Shown piece after piece: positions 19,832 through 30,664 of a stretch of DNA of 64,000 bases. Below the pieces are notes generated by a model. The model was given only the letters and a program-made list of their open reading frames with translations. It searched no databases and was not told the DNA's origin. The position numbers were made by a program, and so were the translations under genes. This DNA comes from Candidatus Dormibacteria bacterium (GTDB lineage: Bacteria; Chloroflexota; Dormibacteria; Aeolococcales; Aeolococcaceae), in NCBI GenBank assembly GCA_049511615.1, contig JBEKXW010000009.1, positions 12,703-76,702 of the forward strand, given 5' to 3'. The stretch's first letter is position 1. Each line of letters opens with the position of its first letter.

Positions 19832-20835
19832 TGAAGCTCGACACCACCTACCTGGGCCTGGCCCTGTCGAATCCCCTGGTGGCCTCCGCCGGCCCGCTGT
19901 CGCGTAGCGTCAGCGGCATCCGGCGGCTGGCCGCGGCCGGCGTGGGCGCGGTCGTCCTGCCGTCGCTCTTCGAGGAGCAGATCCGGCGCGAGGCGGAGAG
20001 GGACGCCAACCTCGTCGAGGCGGGCAGTGAGAGCTTCGCCGAGGCGCTCACCTACATCCCCCTCCCGGTCTCCGACGGTCAGCCCCACCAGTACCTCAGC
20101 CTCATCGAGCGCGCCCGGGCGGCGGTCGCGATCCCGGTGATCGCGAGTCTCAACGGCGCGACGGCCGGCGGGTGGGCGGAGTACGCCACCTCCATGCAGG
20201 AGGCGGGCGCCTCCGCTATCGAGCTCAACATCTACTACCTGCAGGGTGACCCATTCGACCCCGGCCGCACGGTGGAGGAGCGGTACGTCGAGATCCTGCG
20301 CACGGTGCGAGCGGCCGTCACCATCCCGATCGCCGTGAAGCTGGGCCCCTACCTCAGCTCGGTGGGGGAGATGGCCACCCGCCTTCACGAGGCGGGCGCC
20401 GACGGCCTGGTCCTCTTCAACCGCTTCATGCAGACCGACATCGATGCCGCCACCCTCACGGTGAGCGCGGGGCTCCCACTCTCCACGCCCGCCGAGGCCA
20501 CCCTGCCCCGCGCCTGGATCGCCCGCCTGCGCGACAAGGTTCCGCTGTCCCTCGCTGCCACCAGCGGCGTGGAGAGCGCCACCGACGTGGCCGCCTACCT
20601 GCTGGCCGGGGCCGACGTGGTCATGACCACCTCGTCCCTGCTCCGCCATGGCCCCGAGCACGCCGCCGAGCTGATCGACGGACTGCAGGCCTGGATGGAG
20701 CGCAAGGGCCTCCAGAGCCTCGACCAGGTGCGCGGGCGGCTCTCGATGGCGGCTGCCGCCGATCCGTCGGCGTACGGGCGGTCCAGCTACCTCACCACCA
20801 TCGAGCAGGCGACCCGGGTCTACGCCCCCAGCTGA
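19831..20835 (+). CDS. Dihydroorotate-dehydrogenase-like (PreA/DHOD class 1 family) FMN protein without a ferredoxin tail
   Basis: TIM-barrel DHOD-like signature (LSNPLVASAGP..., AIELNIYY, VKLGPY, LVLFNRF). 1-nt overlap with the por stop. Confidence 0.8.
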
Positions 20836-20876
20836 GCACGGGACGGGAGGCCCGCGGGGTCGCCTACGATCGCCCG

Positions 20877-22073
20877 GTGGAGGCGAAACTGGCGACGGCC
20901 CCGGCCTCACCGCACCCGTTCGCCGCCGTGGCCGCGCTCGCCGCGCTCGGCGGCGCAGCCTTCTGCTTCGTCACCGGCGAGAACCTGCCGGTGGGGCTGC
21001 TGCCTCAGCTCTCCGCCGGTCTCGGCGTGTCGATCTCCGCCATCGGCCTGCTGGTGACCATCTATGCGGTGGTGGTGGTGGCGGTGTCGGCGCCGCTCAC
21101 CCACCTGACCCGGCACGTCCCCCGGCGCCCGCTCCTCAGCGGTCTGCTGGCCACGTTCGTGCTCGCGACGCTGGCGGCTTCGGCGGCTCCGAGCTACGGA
21201 TTGCTGGTGGTGGCCCGGGTGGTGATCGCCCTCGCCCAGGCGATCTTCTGGTCCATCGTCGCCGTGGTCGCGGTCGGTCTCGTCCCGCCCCGCTTCCGGG
21301 GGCGAGCGGTCGCCGGGGTCTTCGCCGGCAGCTCGATCGCACTGATCCTCGGTGTTCCCGCCGGAACCTGGATCGGCCAGCAGGCCGGCTGGCGGCTGCC
21401 CTTCGCCGTGCTGAGCGGCGCCGGACTGCTAGACCTCGCCGCCCTGGCGGTGCTCCTGCCCTCGACGCGGGCGGCCGAGGGCTACGCGGCCGCGGGGACC
21501 CATCCGGACGCACGCAGTTACCGCCTGGTCCTGCTGACCACCGCCCTCTGTGTCAGCGGCTCCCTGACCGCTTACACCTACGTCACCGCCTTCCTCACCC
21601 GGGTGAGCGGCCTGCCCCTCGGGGCGGTGGCGCCGGTGCTGCTGCTCACGGGGGTCGCCGACGCGGTGGGGGTCGGGGTCAACGGGTTCCTGCTGGACCG
21701 GCACCCCGCGGTGGCGAGGGTCGGCCCGTTGGTCCTGCTGACCGGGGCCCTCTTCGCGCTCTTCGCCTTCGGCACCTGTGGCGCCGCGACGGTCGTCCTC
21801 CAGGCGTGCGCCGGGATCGGCCTGTCCGGCGAGGCCATCGCCCTCCAGAGCCACGTCCTGGTGGTGGCGCCGCGGCGCACCGACATCGCCTCCGCCTGGT
21901 ACTCGGCGTCCTTCAACGTCGGCCTCGCCGGCGGGCCGGTCATCGGGGGGTTGGTGCTGTCCACCCTCGGGCTGCGCTGCACCCCGCTGGTCGGCGGCGT
22001 GCTCGCGTTGCTGGGTCTGACCACCATGCTCGTGGAAACCCGGCCGGCCCGGCACCGCGCGGCGGCCGGCTGA
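20877..22073 (+). CDS. MFS transporter
   Basis: 12-TM hydrophobic profile; MFS motif region GRAVAGVFAGSSIALILGVPAG. GTG start. Confidence 0.8.
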   Translation: MEAKLATAPASPHPFAAVAALAALGGAAFCFVTGENLPVGLLPQLSAGLGVSISAIGLLVTIYAVVVVAVSAPLTHLTRHVPRRPLLSGLLATFVLATLAASAAPSYGLLVVARVVIALAQAIFWSIVAVVAVGLVPPRFRGRAVAGVFAGSSIALILGVPAGTWIGQQAGWRLPFAVLSGAGLLDLAALAVLLPSTRAAEGYAAAGTHPDARSYRLVLLTTALCVSGSLTAYTYVTAFLTRVSGLPLGAVAPVLLLTGVADAVGVGVNGFLLDRHPAVARVGPLVLLTGALFALFAFGTCGAATVVLQACAGIGLSGEAIALQSHVLVVAPRRTDIASAWYSASFNVGLAGGPVIGGLVLSTLGLRCTPLVGGVLALLGLTTMLVETRPARHRAAAG

Positions 22074-22137
22074 TCCCCGGAGGTCGTCGCCGTCTCTCCG
22101 CGGCGGCGGCCGCTTGCCGGGGTACCGGCGGTCGGGG

Positions 22138-24465
22138 TCAGGAGGCGGCGGTGGTCAGGGGCTTGGTGAGGTCGTAGAGGGTCGTCCCGCCGGCCGTGGT
22201 CGTCGAGAAGTGGCTCTCGGCCCAGCTGGTGATGGCGCTGGACTCGGAGGACCCCCCGACCCCCGCGCCGCCGCCCGTGCCGCCGGCGATGAAGTAGTGG
22301 ATCTTGCCCTCGCTCACCAGCTTCTCGAAGACGGCCAGCGTCGGCCAGGGGTCGGTTCCGTTGAAGCCGCCGATGGCCATCACCGGGTCTCCGGTGGCGA
22401 GCTGGTAGCCGGCGGCGTCGTTGGCGCCCACGGTGGCGGCCACCCAGCTGTAGTGGCTGGCGTCCTTCTCCAGGAGGGCGGTCAGCGCGGCCGACGGGGT
22501 GCTGGCGTTGAGCAGCCCGCCACCTCCGGCCCCGGTGCCGCCGGGGAGGGTTCCCCGCCGGGTCGAGCTGCCGGTGCCACTGGGGAAGCCGCCCTCAGGC
22601 AGGGTGGTGCCGGTGCCGTTCGGCAGCGTCCGCTGCGGCGTGGTGGCGCCGCCGTTCGGTATGGCTCCCTGCGGTGGGGTGCCACCGAAGCCGGACGGGG
22701 CGCCTCCCTCCAGGTTGAAGCCGCCGCCGGGGCCGCCGGCCGGGGCCGTGCCACCGCTCGCGCCCGTGGCGTTGCCGCCGGTGGTGCTCCCCCCCGTCGT
22801 GCCACCACCCGTCGAGCTCCCGCCCGCCTGGCCGGCGGCGACGCCGCCCAGGCTGCCACTCGCGGTGCCCCCGGCGCTGCCGGGTAGGCCCGCTGTGGCA
22901 CCACCCGCCCCGGGCGTGCCGGCGAAGCCGGCTCCGCCTCCCGGCCCGCCGCTGGCGTCGGCGACCGCCGGTCCCGCCGAGGGGATGGCGCCGCTGTGCG
23001 GCGTGGCCACGGTGTCCAGCGCGTAGGCGGTCGATCCGGCGAGCGCCGTCGCCAGGACGCAGCCGGCCAGCAGCGCCGTCACCCAGCGCCGGCGGATGGG
23101 AGGCACCAGGAGCGCGATCGCGGTGACCAGGCCCGCGATCAGGACCGCCGGTCCCAGCCAGGGCAGCCAGGTGGGGCTGCGTCCGAGGAGGGCGTACGCC
23201 CAGATGACGGTGGCCGCGAGCGCGGCAGCCAGCAGGCTGCGAGCGGCGATCCGGTGGCGATGGCGCCAGAGCTCGACTCCGCCCATGCCGGCCAGGGCGC
23301 CGATGGCGGGGGCCAGGGCCACCGCGTAGTAGGGGTGGATGATGCCCTGGGCAAAGCTGAAAACGAGGGCGGTCACCACCAGCCAGCTGCCCCAGAGCAG
23401 GGCGGCGGCACGCCGGCCGTCGGTGCGCGGAGACCGCCCGCGCAGCCAGATGAGGGCACCGAGGAGGATCAGGGCCGCCGGGATGAGCCAGCTCGCCTGA
23501 CCGCCGAAGGTGTCGTTGAACATCCGGAAGAGGCCGGTGGGGCCCCAGACACCGGCGCCGCCGGCGCCCCCCCCCGCCACCACGCTTCCGGTCTCGTTGC
23601 CGGTGAGCCGGCCGAAGCCGTTGTAGCCGAAGATCAGGTTGAGCTCGCTGTTACCCGTCGAGCCGCCCACGTAGGGCCGGTCGGCCGCGGGCCAGAGGGT
23701 GACCAGGGCCACCCACCAACCTGCCGAGACCAGCACGGAGAGGCCGGCCGCGAGCAGCTGGACGATCCGACGCCGCAGCGAGACCGGGGCGGCGAGCAGG
23801 TACACCGCGGCGAAGTCGGGGAGCACCAGGAAGGCCCCCAGCATCTTGGTGAGGAATCCCAGCCCCACCAGGGCGCCGGCCAGCACCAGCCAGCGGGTCC
23901 GGCCGTCCTCCACGGCGCGGGTCAGCGCCCAGGCGCTGCCCACCAGGAGCAGGACGAGCAGGGCATCGGGGTTGTTGAAGCGGAACATCAGCGCGGCGAC
24001 CGGGGTCAGGGCGAGCACCGCACCGGCGATCAGCCCGGCGGCGTGACCGAAGCGGCGGCGCACCGTCGCGTAGAGCACCCCGACGGCGGCGACACCCTCC
24101 AGGGCCTGGGGGACCAGGATGCTCCATGCGTTGACCCCGAAGATGCGCGCCGCGATGTCCATCACCCACAGCGAGGCGGGCGGCTTGTCCACGGTGATGA
24201 AGTTGGAGGCGTCGAAGGATCCGAAGAGGAAGGCCTTCCAGCTCTTGGTGGCGGCCAGCACCGCCGCCGAGTAGAAGCCGTTGGCCCAGCCCGAGGCGCC
24301 GAGGTTCCAGAGGTAGAGGACCGCCGTCATCGCCAGCAGGCCGAGGAGAGAGACGGTCGTCCAGCCGGGGAGGCGCAGGGCCGCGAGGACACGCGCGCGG
24401 CGCCGCCCGCGGGAGAGCGGCGGGGAGGAGGCGATGCCCGGGGCGGTCGCCGCGTGATCTGTCAT
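22138..24465 (-). CDS. Glycosyltransferase family 39 / ArnT-like membrane glycosyltransferase with a long Gly/Ser/Thr-rich insert
   Basis: Multi-TM N-terminal domain with GT39/PMT-like features. A ~170-aa G/S/T/A low-complexity region lies in the middle, followed by a conserved C-terminal part. Confidence 0.75.
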   Translation of the reverse strand: MTDHAATAPGIASSPPLSRGRRRARVLAALRLPGWTTVSLLGLLAMTAVLYLWNLGASGWANGFYSAAVLAATKSWKAFLFGSFDASNFITVDKPPASLWVMDIAARIFGVNAWSILVPQALEGVAAVGVLYATVRRRFGHAAGLIAGAVLALTPVAALMFRFNNPDALLVLLLVGSAWALTRAVEDGRTRWLVLAGALVGLGFLTKMLGAFLVLPDFAAVYLLAAPVSLRRRIVQLLAAGLSVLVSAGWWVALVTLWPAADRPYVGGSTGNSELNLIFGYNGFGRLTGNETGSVVAGGGAGGAGVWGPTGLFRMFNDTFGGQASWLIPAALILLGALIWLRGRSPRTDGRRAAALLWGSWLVVTALVFSFAQGIIHPYYAVALAPAIGALAGMGGVELWRHRHRIAARSLLAAALAATVIWAYALLGRSPTWLPWLGPAVLIAGLVTAIALLVPPIRRRWVTALLAGCVLATALAGSTAYALDTVATPHSGAIPSAGPAVADASGGPGGGAGFAGTPGAGGATAGLPGSAGGTASGSLGGVAAGQAGGSSTGGGTTGGSTTGGNATGASGGTAPAGGPGGGFNLEGGAPSGFGGTPPQGAIPNGGATTPQRTLPNGTGTTLPEGGFPSGTGSSTRRGTLPGGTGAGGGGLLNASTPSAALTALLEKDASHYSWVAATVGANDAAGYQLATGDPVMAIGGFNGTDPWPTLAVFEKLVSEGKIHYFIAGGTGGGAGVGGSSESSAITSWAESHFSTTTAGGTTLYDLTKPLTTAAS

Positions 24466-24629
24466 GTCGCCACTATTGCGATCGGCGCGGGGAGCAGCCT
24501 GGGAGCACCCTGGGAGGTTGCTGTGACGTAGCGGCGCTTCGCGTGACCGGGACCGGCGCGGGCTCGACTCCCATCGACTTCCCAGCGGTTTCGGAGGCGT
24601 GCCCGAGCCCGGACGCGGATCGTGGTGGC

Positions 24630-25469
24630 ATGAACAGCGCCGCCCTCTCCCATCCCGCCCTCATCGATATCGTCATTCCCGTGTTCAACGAGGAGCGTGA
24701 CCTGGAGCGGAGCGTGCGCCGTCTGCGCGCTCACCTCGGGGCGAGCTTCCCCTTCCCAGTCGTGATCACCATCGCCGACAACGCGAGCACCGACGCCACC
24801 CGGGCGGTCGGGATGCGGCTCGCCGCCGAGCTGCCCTCGGTCCGTTACCTTCGCCTGGACCGCAAGGGCCGTGGCCGTGCCCTGGCCACGGCCTGGCTGC
24901 GCAGCCGGGCCGGCGTGGTCGCCTACATGGACGTCGACCTCTCCACCGGCCTCGACGCGCTCCTGCCGCTCGTCGCGCCTCTGGTCAACGGCCAGAGCGA
25001 CCTTGCCATCGGCAGCCGCCTGGCCGCCGGGTCGCATGTGCGCCGCGGCCCGAAGCGCGAGGTGATCTCCCGCACCTACAACGTGCTCCTGCGGCTGGCG
25101 CTGGGCGTCCGTTTCACGGACGCCCAGTGTGGCTTCAAGGCGCTCCGCGCCGATGTGGCGCGCCGGCTGGTGCCCGAGGTGGAGAACCGTTCGTGGTTCT
25201 TCGACACCGAGCTGCTGGTGCTGGCGGAGCGGTCGGGGCTGCGCATCCACGAGGTCCCGGTGGACTGGGTCGACGACCCCGACAGCCGGGTCCACATCGT
25301 CGCCACTGCCCTCGAGGACCTGCGCGGGGTGTGGCGGCTGCGTGGGTCGAGGGCGTCCCGCGCCCAGGATCTCCCAGCGCACGGGGGCCGGCTCAGCGGT
25401 GCTCGCCAGGCCAGCTGGGCCCCCCGTGCGCGCCAGCCCCACGTTGGGGACATCCCCGTCCATAACTGA
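24630..25469 (+). CDS. GT2-family glycosyltransferase (polyprenol-phosphate mannose/glucose synthase-like)
   Basis: IVIPVFNEERDL, ADNASTDAT and YMDVDLSTGLD are the DxD/GT2 motifs. Transcribed divergently from the GT39 gene. Confidence 0.85.
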   Translation: MNSAALSHPALIDIVIPVFNEERDLERSVRRLRAHLGASFPFPVVITIADNASTDATRAVGMRLAAELPSVRYLRLDRKGRGRALATAWLRSRAGVVAYMDVDLSTGLDALLPLVAPLVNGQSDLAIGSRLAAGSHVRRGPKREVISRTYNVLLRLALGVRFTDAQCGFKALRADVARRLVPEVENRSWFFDTELLVLAERSGLRIHEVPVDWVDDPDSRVHIVATALEDLRGVWRLRGSRASRAQDLPAHGGRLSGARQASWAPRARQPHVGDIPVHN

Positions 25470-25610
25470 CGTCTGGGCGCAGGGGTTCCGGCCGAGCGGC
25501 GGTCGAGTGAGCTGACACCTTCACGGGTCGGAGCCGGAGGCCGCCTCGGGACTGGCGCGGAGGGTCCGAGCCAACCGCCGAGAGGCTGACGGGGCGCTCC
25601 GCCGGTCCGA

Positions 25611-27023
25611 TCAGCCGCCGAGGGGCAGATCGATGCGGAAGGTCGCCCCCCCACCGGGGGTGTCGCCGACGGCCACCCGCCCCTGGTGCGCCGTCACCAC
25701 CCCGGCGACGATGCTGAGGCCGAGCCCGCTGCCGCCCCGGTCGCGGCTCCGCTCCGGGTCGGCGCGGTGGAAGCGCTCGAAGATCCGTCCCCGCGCCGCG
25801 CCCGGGATCCCCGGGCCGTGGTCGACGACCTCGATCACCGCCCAGCCCTGCTCCTCGCGCAGCGTCACCTCGATGGGCGTTCCGGGCGGGGTGTGGACCA
25901 CGGCGTTGCGGAGGAGGTTGGCCAGCACCTGGCGCAGCCGCTGCTCGTCGCCGGCGACGATCAGGGGCGCAGCCACCCGCGCGGTGATCGCCCGTCCCGG
26001 GTCGCTCACCCGGGCGTCGGCGCAGGCGTCGGCGACCAGCCCCTCGAGGTCCACCGGCGCCCGCTCCAGCGGCCGGCCCTGGTCGAGGCGGGCGAGCAGC
26101 AGGAGGTCGTCGATGAGCACCCCCATCCGCCGGGCCTCGGCCTCGATGCGGCCCAGGGCCGCCTCCAGCTCCGCCGGGTCCATGTCCGGGTTGCGGCGGA
26201 CCAGCTCCGCGTATCCGCGCATGGATGTCAGGGGGGTCCGCAACTCATGCGATGCGTCGGCCACGAACTGGCGGAGCCGCTGCTCCACCGCCGCTCGCTG
26301 GCCGAAGGCCGCCTCCAGCTGGCCGAGCATGGTGTTGAGGGCCAGGCCGAGCCGGCCCACCTCGGTGGTGGGTTCGGCGGGCGAGACCCGGCGGCCCAGC
26401 TCCCCGCCCGCGATGGCCCGGGCCGTCTCGCCCATGCGGGCCAGCGGCCGCAGCCCGCGGCGGATGATCAGCCAGGTGGCCAGGACGAGGAGGACCACCA
26501 CGGCGCCGCCCACCAGCAGCTCGAAGAGGAGCAGGTGACCGAGGGTGGCGTCGTAGCTGTCCATGGGGACGGCGGCGACCACGACGTCCCGGCTGCCGTC
26601 CGCGGCCGTCTCGCTGTAGACGAGGTACTCGCTGTAGGTCCCCGTCCCGCTCACGGTCAGGTACTCGCCGGTCTCGGAGGCGAGCCGGCCGGGGAGGAGC
26701 GGGTGGTTGGCGGTGGCGCTCAATTGATCCTGAGTGGGGACACCCAGGAAGGCGGGACCGCTCACCACCGTGCCGGTACCGGAGAGCACCTCGTCCCACA
26801 CCACCCCGGGCTGCGACCGTGGGCCGGCAGGTCCGGCTCCGCCGGGACCCCCGGGCCCACTCTGGGGGGAGCCCGCCACCAGGCCGATGCCGCTCCGGAC
26901 CTGCTGCTGGAGCTGGCCGAGGAGGAACGACTGCTGCTCCGCGTAGATCGCGGCGTCCGCCGCCGCGAGGCAGAGGACGAAGAGCGACACCAGGGCGACC
27001 AGCAGCCGCGCCCGGAGGGTCAT
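25611..27023 (-). CDS. Sensor histidine kinase (HAMP-HisKA-HATPase_c)
   Basis: H-box ASHELRTPLTSM, N/G boxes, two N-terminal TM segments. Stop abuts the response-regulator start. Confidence 0.9.
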   Translation of the reverse strand: MTLRARLLVALVSLFVLCLAAADAAIYAEQQSFLLGQLQQQVRSGIGLVAGSPQSGPGGPGGAGPAGPRSQPGVVWDEVLSGTGTVVSGPAFLGVPTQDQLSATANHPLLPGRLASETGEYLTVSGTGTYSEYLVYSETAADGSRDVVVAAVPMDSYDATLGHLLLFELLVGGAVVVLLVLATWLIIRRGLRPLARMGETARAIAGGELGRRVSPAEPTTEVGRLGLALNTMLGQLEAAFGQRAAVEQRLRQFVADASHELRTPLTSMRGYAELVRRNPDMDPAELEAALGRIEAEARRMGVLIDDLLLLARLDQGRPLERAPVDLEGLVADACADARVSDPGRAITARVAAPLIVAGDEQRLRQVLANLLRNAVVHTPPGTPIEVTLREEQGWAVIEVVDHGPGIPGAARGRIFERFHRADPERSRDRGGSGLGLSIVAGVVTAHQGRVAVGDTPGGGATFRIDLPLGG

Positions 27024-27024
27024 C

Positions 27025-27735
<711 letters not shown>

Positions 27736-27791
27736 GCCCCGATGTTGGCACCCGATCCTGGGAGTCTGCTCAGAGAATCCTTGGAGGCGGC

Positions 27792-28574
27792 TCAGCCGCG
27801 CGGGTCCACCACCACGTCCCCGGTGTCGGTCGAGATCGAGATGTCGTCGCGCGAGGTGGGGTCGGTGGGCACCTCGACGGACGTGTCCCCGGTCGACGAG
27901 CGAGCCGAGACCGCGTACGCCGGAGCGCCCGCCGGGAGGGTCACGGTGACGTCCCCGGTGTCGTCCTGCGCGGACACGTTGGTGGGCGGCTGGGCGAAGT
28001 CCAGGGAGACATCGCCGGTGTCGCTGCTGGCCGTGACGTCGACGGCGTCCATGTCCGCGCCCGTGATATCGCCGGTATCGGTGTCGAGATGGACCACGCC
28101 CGCTCCGCCGTTGACCTGCACGTCACCGGTGTCCGTCTGCAGGGAGAGGTTGTCGAGGCCGGACGCGCTGATGCCCCCGGTGTCGGTCGACGCGGTGACC
28201 GCGATCCCGGCGGGGACCGCGACCGTGAGATCGGCGGAGCAGTTGATGCCGGCGAACCACGGGCAGGACACGCTGATCGAGACACCCGCGCCGGTGGTGA
28301 CGACGTTGACGGTGGGTCGCACCAGGCTGTAGTGCGCGACCCCCCTCAGCTGCGCCTGGTCACCGCTGCCCGGCATCAGGGTGAGGTCGCCGCTGTCGAG
28401 CTTCACGCTCAGCTGACCGCCGGAGGGGGAGAAGGTGCGATGGATCTGGAAGCTGTCGAAGCTCACCAGGGCCACGGCGGTCAGCGCCGCCCAGCCGATC
28501 AGGGCCAGGCAGAGCGGCACACCGATGACGAGCGCGAGGAGCCGGCCGGTGGTCAGGCGCTGCGGAGTGGACAC
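27792..28574 (-). CDS. DUF4097 (LiaF/YvlB-like putative adhesin) domain protein with N-terminal TM anchor
   Basis: Repeated DTGD(V/I)xV motifs typical of DUF4097. Located downstream of the LuxR-type RR and HK. Confidence 0.7.
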   Translation of the reverse strand: MSTPQRLTTGRLLALVIGVPLCLALIGWAALTAVALVSFDSFQIHRTFSPSGGQLSVKLDSGDLTLMPGSGDQAQLRGVAHYSLVRPTVNVVTTGAGVSISVSCPWFAGINCSADLTVAVPAGIAVTASTDTGGISASGLDNLSLQTDTGDVQVNGGAGVVHLDTDTGDITGADMDAVDVTASSDTGDVSLDFAQPPTNVSAQDDTGDVTVTLPAGAPAYAVSARSSTGDTSVEVPTDPTSRDDISISTDTGDVVVDPRG

Positions 28575-28584
28575 GGTGGATCCT

Positions 28585-29223
28585 TCAGTTGTCGAGATAG
28601 CGGAGCACGGCGAGCACGCGCCGGTGGTCGCTGTCGGTGGGTGGGAGGTCGAGCTTGCTGAAGATGCTGTTGATGTACTTCTCGACCGCGGCGGTCCCGA
28701 TGTTCAGCGCTGCGGCGATGGCCGCGTTGGACCGGCCCTCGGCCATCAGTCCCAGCACCCTGCGCTCGCGCGGGGTCAGCGCGGCCAGCGGGCTGCGGCT
28801 GCGCGCCAGCAGCTGGGCGACGACCTCGGGGTCGAGCACGCTCCCCCCCTCGGCGACGCGGCGCAGCGCATCGATGAACTCGCCCACGTCCGCCACCCGG
28901 TCCTTGAGCAGGTAGCCGACCCCGCCCCGGCGCTCGGTCAGCAGCTCGGTCGCGTAGCGCTCCTCAACGTACTGGGAGAGCACGAGGACGCCGACCGCCG
29001 GCCACTGGCGGCGCACCACCAGCGCGGCCCGCAGGCCTTCGTCGGTGAACGTCGGAGGCATGCGCACGTCGACCACCACCACGTCGGGGCGCTGGGCGTC
29101 GACCGCGCGCAGGAAGGTCTCGGCGTCACCGGCGGTGGCGACGACGTCGCAGCCGGCCTCCGCCAGCAGGCGCGACAGGCCCTCACGGAGGAGGACCGAG
29201 TCTTCGGCGATCACGACGCGCAT
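28585..29223 (-). CDS. NarL/LuxR-family response regulator (LiaR-like)
   Basis: REC domain plus C-terminal LuxR HTH (LTPRERRVLGLMAEGRSNAAIAAAL). Confidence 0.9.
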   Translation of the reverse strand: MRVVIAEDSVLLREGLSRLLAEAGCDVVATAGDAETFLRAVDAQRPDVVVVDVRMPPTFTDEGLRAALVVRRQWPAVGVLVLSQYVEERYATELLTERRGGVGYLLKDRVADVGEFIDALRRVAEGGSVLDPEVVAQLLARSRSPLAALTPRERRVLGLMAEGRSNAAIAAALNIGTAAVEKYINSIFSKLDLPPTDSDHRRVLAVLRYLDN

Positions 29224-30521
29224 GGCAGCTCCACCTGGATGACGGTGGGTCCACCGGGAGGGCTGTCGATGTGGAGATTCCCATCGACACCGGCGACGCG
29301 GTCGGCGAGGCCGGAGAGCCCGGTCCCGGTGGGATCGGCGCCACCCACCCCGTCGTCGCGCACCGCCACGCGCAGCATCCCGGCGGCGCTGCGGATGTCG
29401 ACGGAGGCGTGGTGGGCGTGGGCGTGCTTGGCGACATTGGTGAGCGACTCGGCGACCACGAAGTAGGCGATGGACTCGGTGGTGAGCGAGGGTCGATCGG
29501 GGATGTCGACGGTGACCGCGACGGGGATCGGTGAGAGTGCGGCGAGGCCCGAGACGGCGGCGTCGAGGCCGCGATCCGTGAGCACCGGGGGGTGGACGCC
29601 GCGCACCAGCTGGCGCAGCTCCACCAGCGCCTCCTTGGCCTCGGCATGGGCACGGTCGATGAGGTCGCGGGCGCCCTCGGGGTCGGTGGCGAACTTGGCC
29701 TTGGCGCGGCCGAGCTCCATGGCCACCGAGACCAGGCGTTGCTGGGCGCCGTCGTGGAGGTCACGCTCGATCCGGAGGCGTTCGGCCTCGGCGGCGCCCA
29801 CCACCCGGGCCCGGCTGTCCTCCAGCTGAGCGACCCGGACGGCGAGCGCCCCGGAACCGGGGCCGAGCAGGGCACCTGCCAGGGCGGTCTCCATGGTGGC
29901 GAGACCGCGGACGACGGCCGGAGCCGCCAGCAGGACGACCAGCCCGGCGACGACCGCGCAGGTCATCGCCAGCGGTCCCTGGGCGACGAATCCTCCGATG
30001 GTGGCACCGCCGCGGGGCAGCGCGGTGTCGTAGGTGGGGAGGGTTATCAGGGCCAGCGGGAGGGCCCAGATGGCGACCGTGATGGTGAAGTCGATGGCGC
30101 CGACGGGAAGCCAGAGGATGCAGTAGGCGAGCTGCCGCCAGGTCGCCCGGGTGCGCAGGGGCCGGACCAGGGGCTGCCACCACCGGGGGTCGGGGAGGGG
30201 GGCGGCGGGTGGCGGGATGGTCACGCCCAGCAGGAGGGCGTAGCGCCCGCGTTCGAAGTGCGCCGCCCCGGTGATGACCCAGGCGGTCGCGGCCAGCACC
30301 GGGAGGCCGAGCAGGAAGACCGGCAGGAGGCCGATCCCCACCGAGACGCCGGTCACCGCGAGGGTGAAGATGGCGATGGCGACGGGCAGCCCCGCGAGCA
30401 GGTGGATGGTGGCGAGCCACGTCCGCGGGGAGACCAGCATCCCGGGCAGCTGCCGCACGTCCTTCGCGCGGAGGTCCTCGCCGGCGGCCCCGGCGGGCGA
30501 TGGAACCGACCTGTCGACCAT
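29211..30521 (-). CDS. Sensor histidine kinase, HisKA_3 type (LiaS/NarX-like) with multi-TM sensor
   Basis: H-box RIERDLHDGAQQRL, HATPase_c, ~6 TM N-terminal region. Confidence 0.85.
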   Translation of the reverse strand: MVDRSVPSPAGAAGEDLRAKDVRQLPGMLVSPRTWLATIHLLAGLPVAIAIFTLAVTGVSVGIGLLPVFLLGLPVLAATAWVITGAAHFERGRYALLLGVTIPPPAAPLPDPRWWQPLVRPLRTRATWRQLAYCILWLPVGAIDFTITVAIWALPLALITLPTYDTALPRGGATIGGFVAQGPLAMTCAVVAGLVVLLAAPAVVRGLATMETALAGALLGPGSGALAVRVAQLEDSRARVVGAAEAERLRIERDLHDGAQQRLVSVAMELGRAKAKFATDPEGARDLIDRAHAEAKEALVELRQLVRGVHPPVLTDRGLDAAVSGLAALSPIPVAVTVDIPDRPSLTTESIAYFVVAESLTNVAKHAHAHHASVDIRSAAGMLRVAVRDDGVGGADPTGTGLSGLADRVAGVDGNLHIDSPPGGPTVIQVELPCAS

Positions 30522-30664
30522 GGCCCAAGGTTATGGGGGCGGACCCTGTCCGGCCAGCCGGCCGGCCCACGGGTTTTTCGGGGGGTTTACCCTACTCGAA
30601 GCGAGGCGAGCCGGCCCGTTCCGCGCCCCTTCTCGCCGCTGCCGCGGATTCGACGCTACCGTAG

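Noticed and set aside
22482-23026. Repetitive Gly/Pro-rich stretches that could be mistaken for CRISPR or tandem repeats.
   Set aside because: They are the coding low-complexity region of the GT39 gene (and its mirror frames). There are no regular repeat-spacer units and no cas genes.
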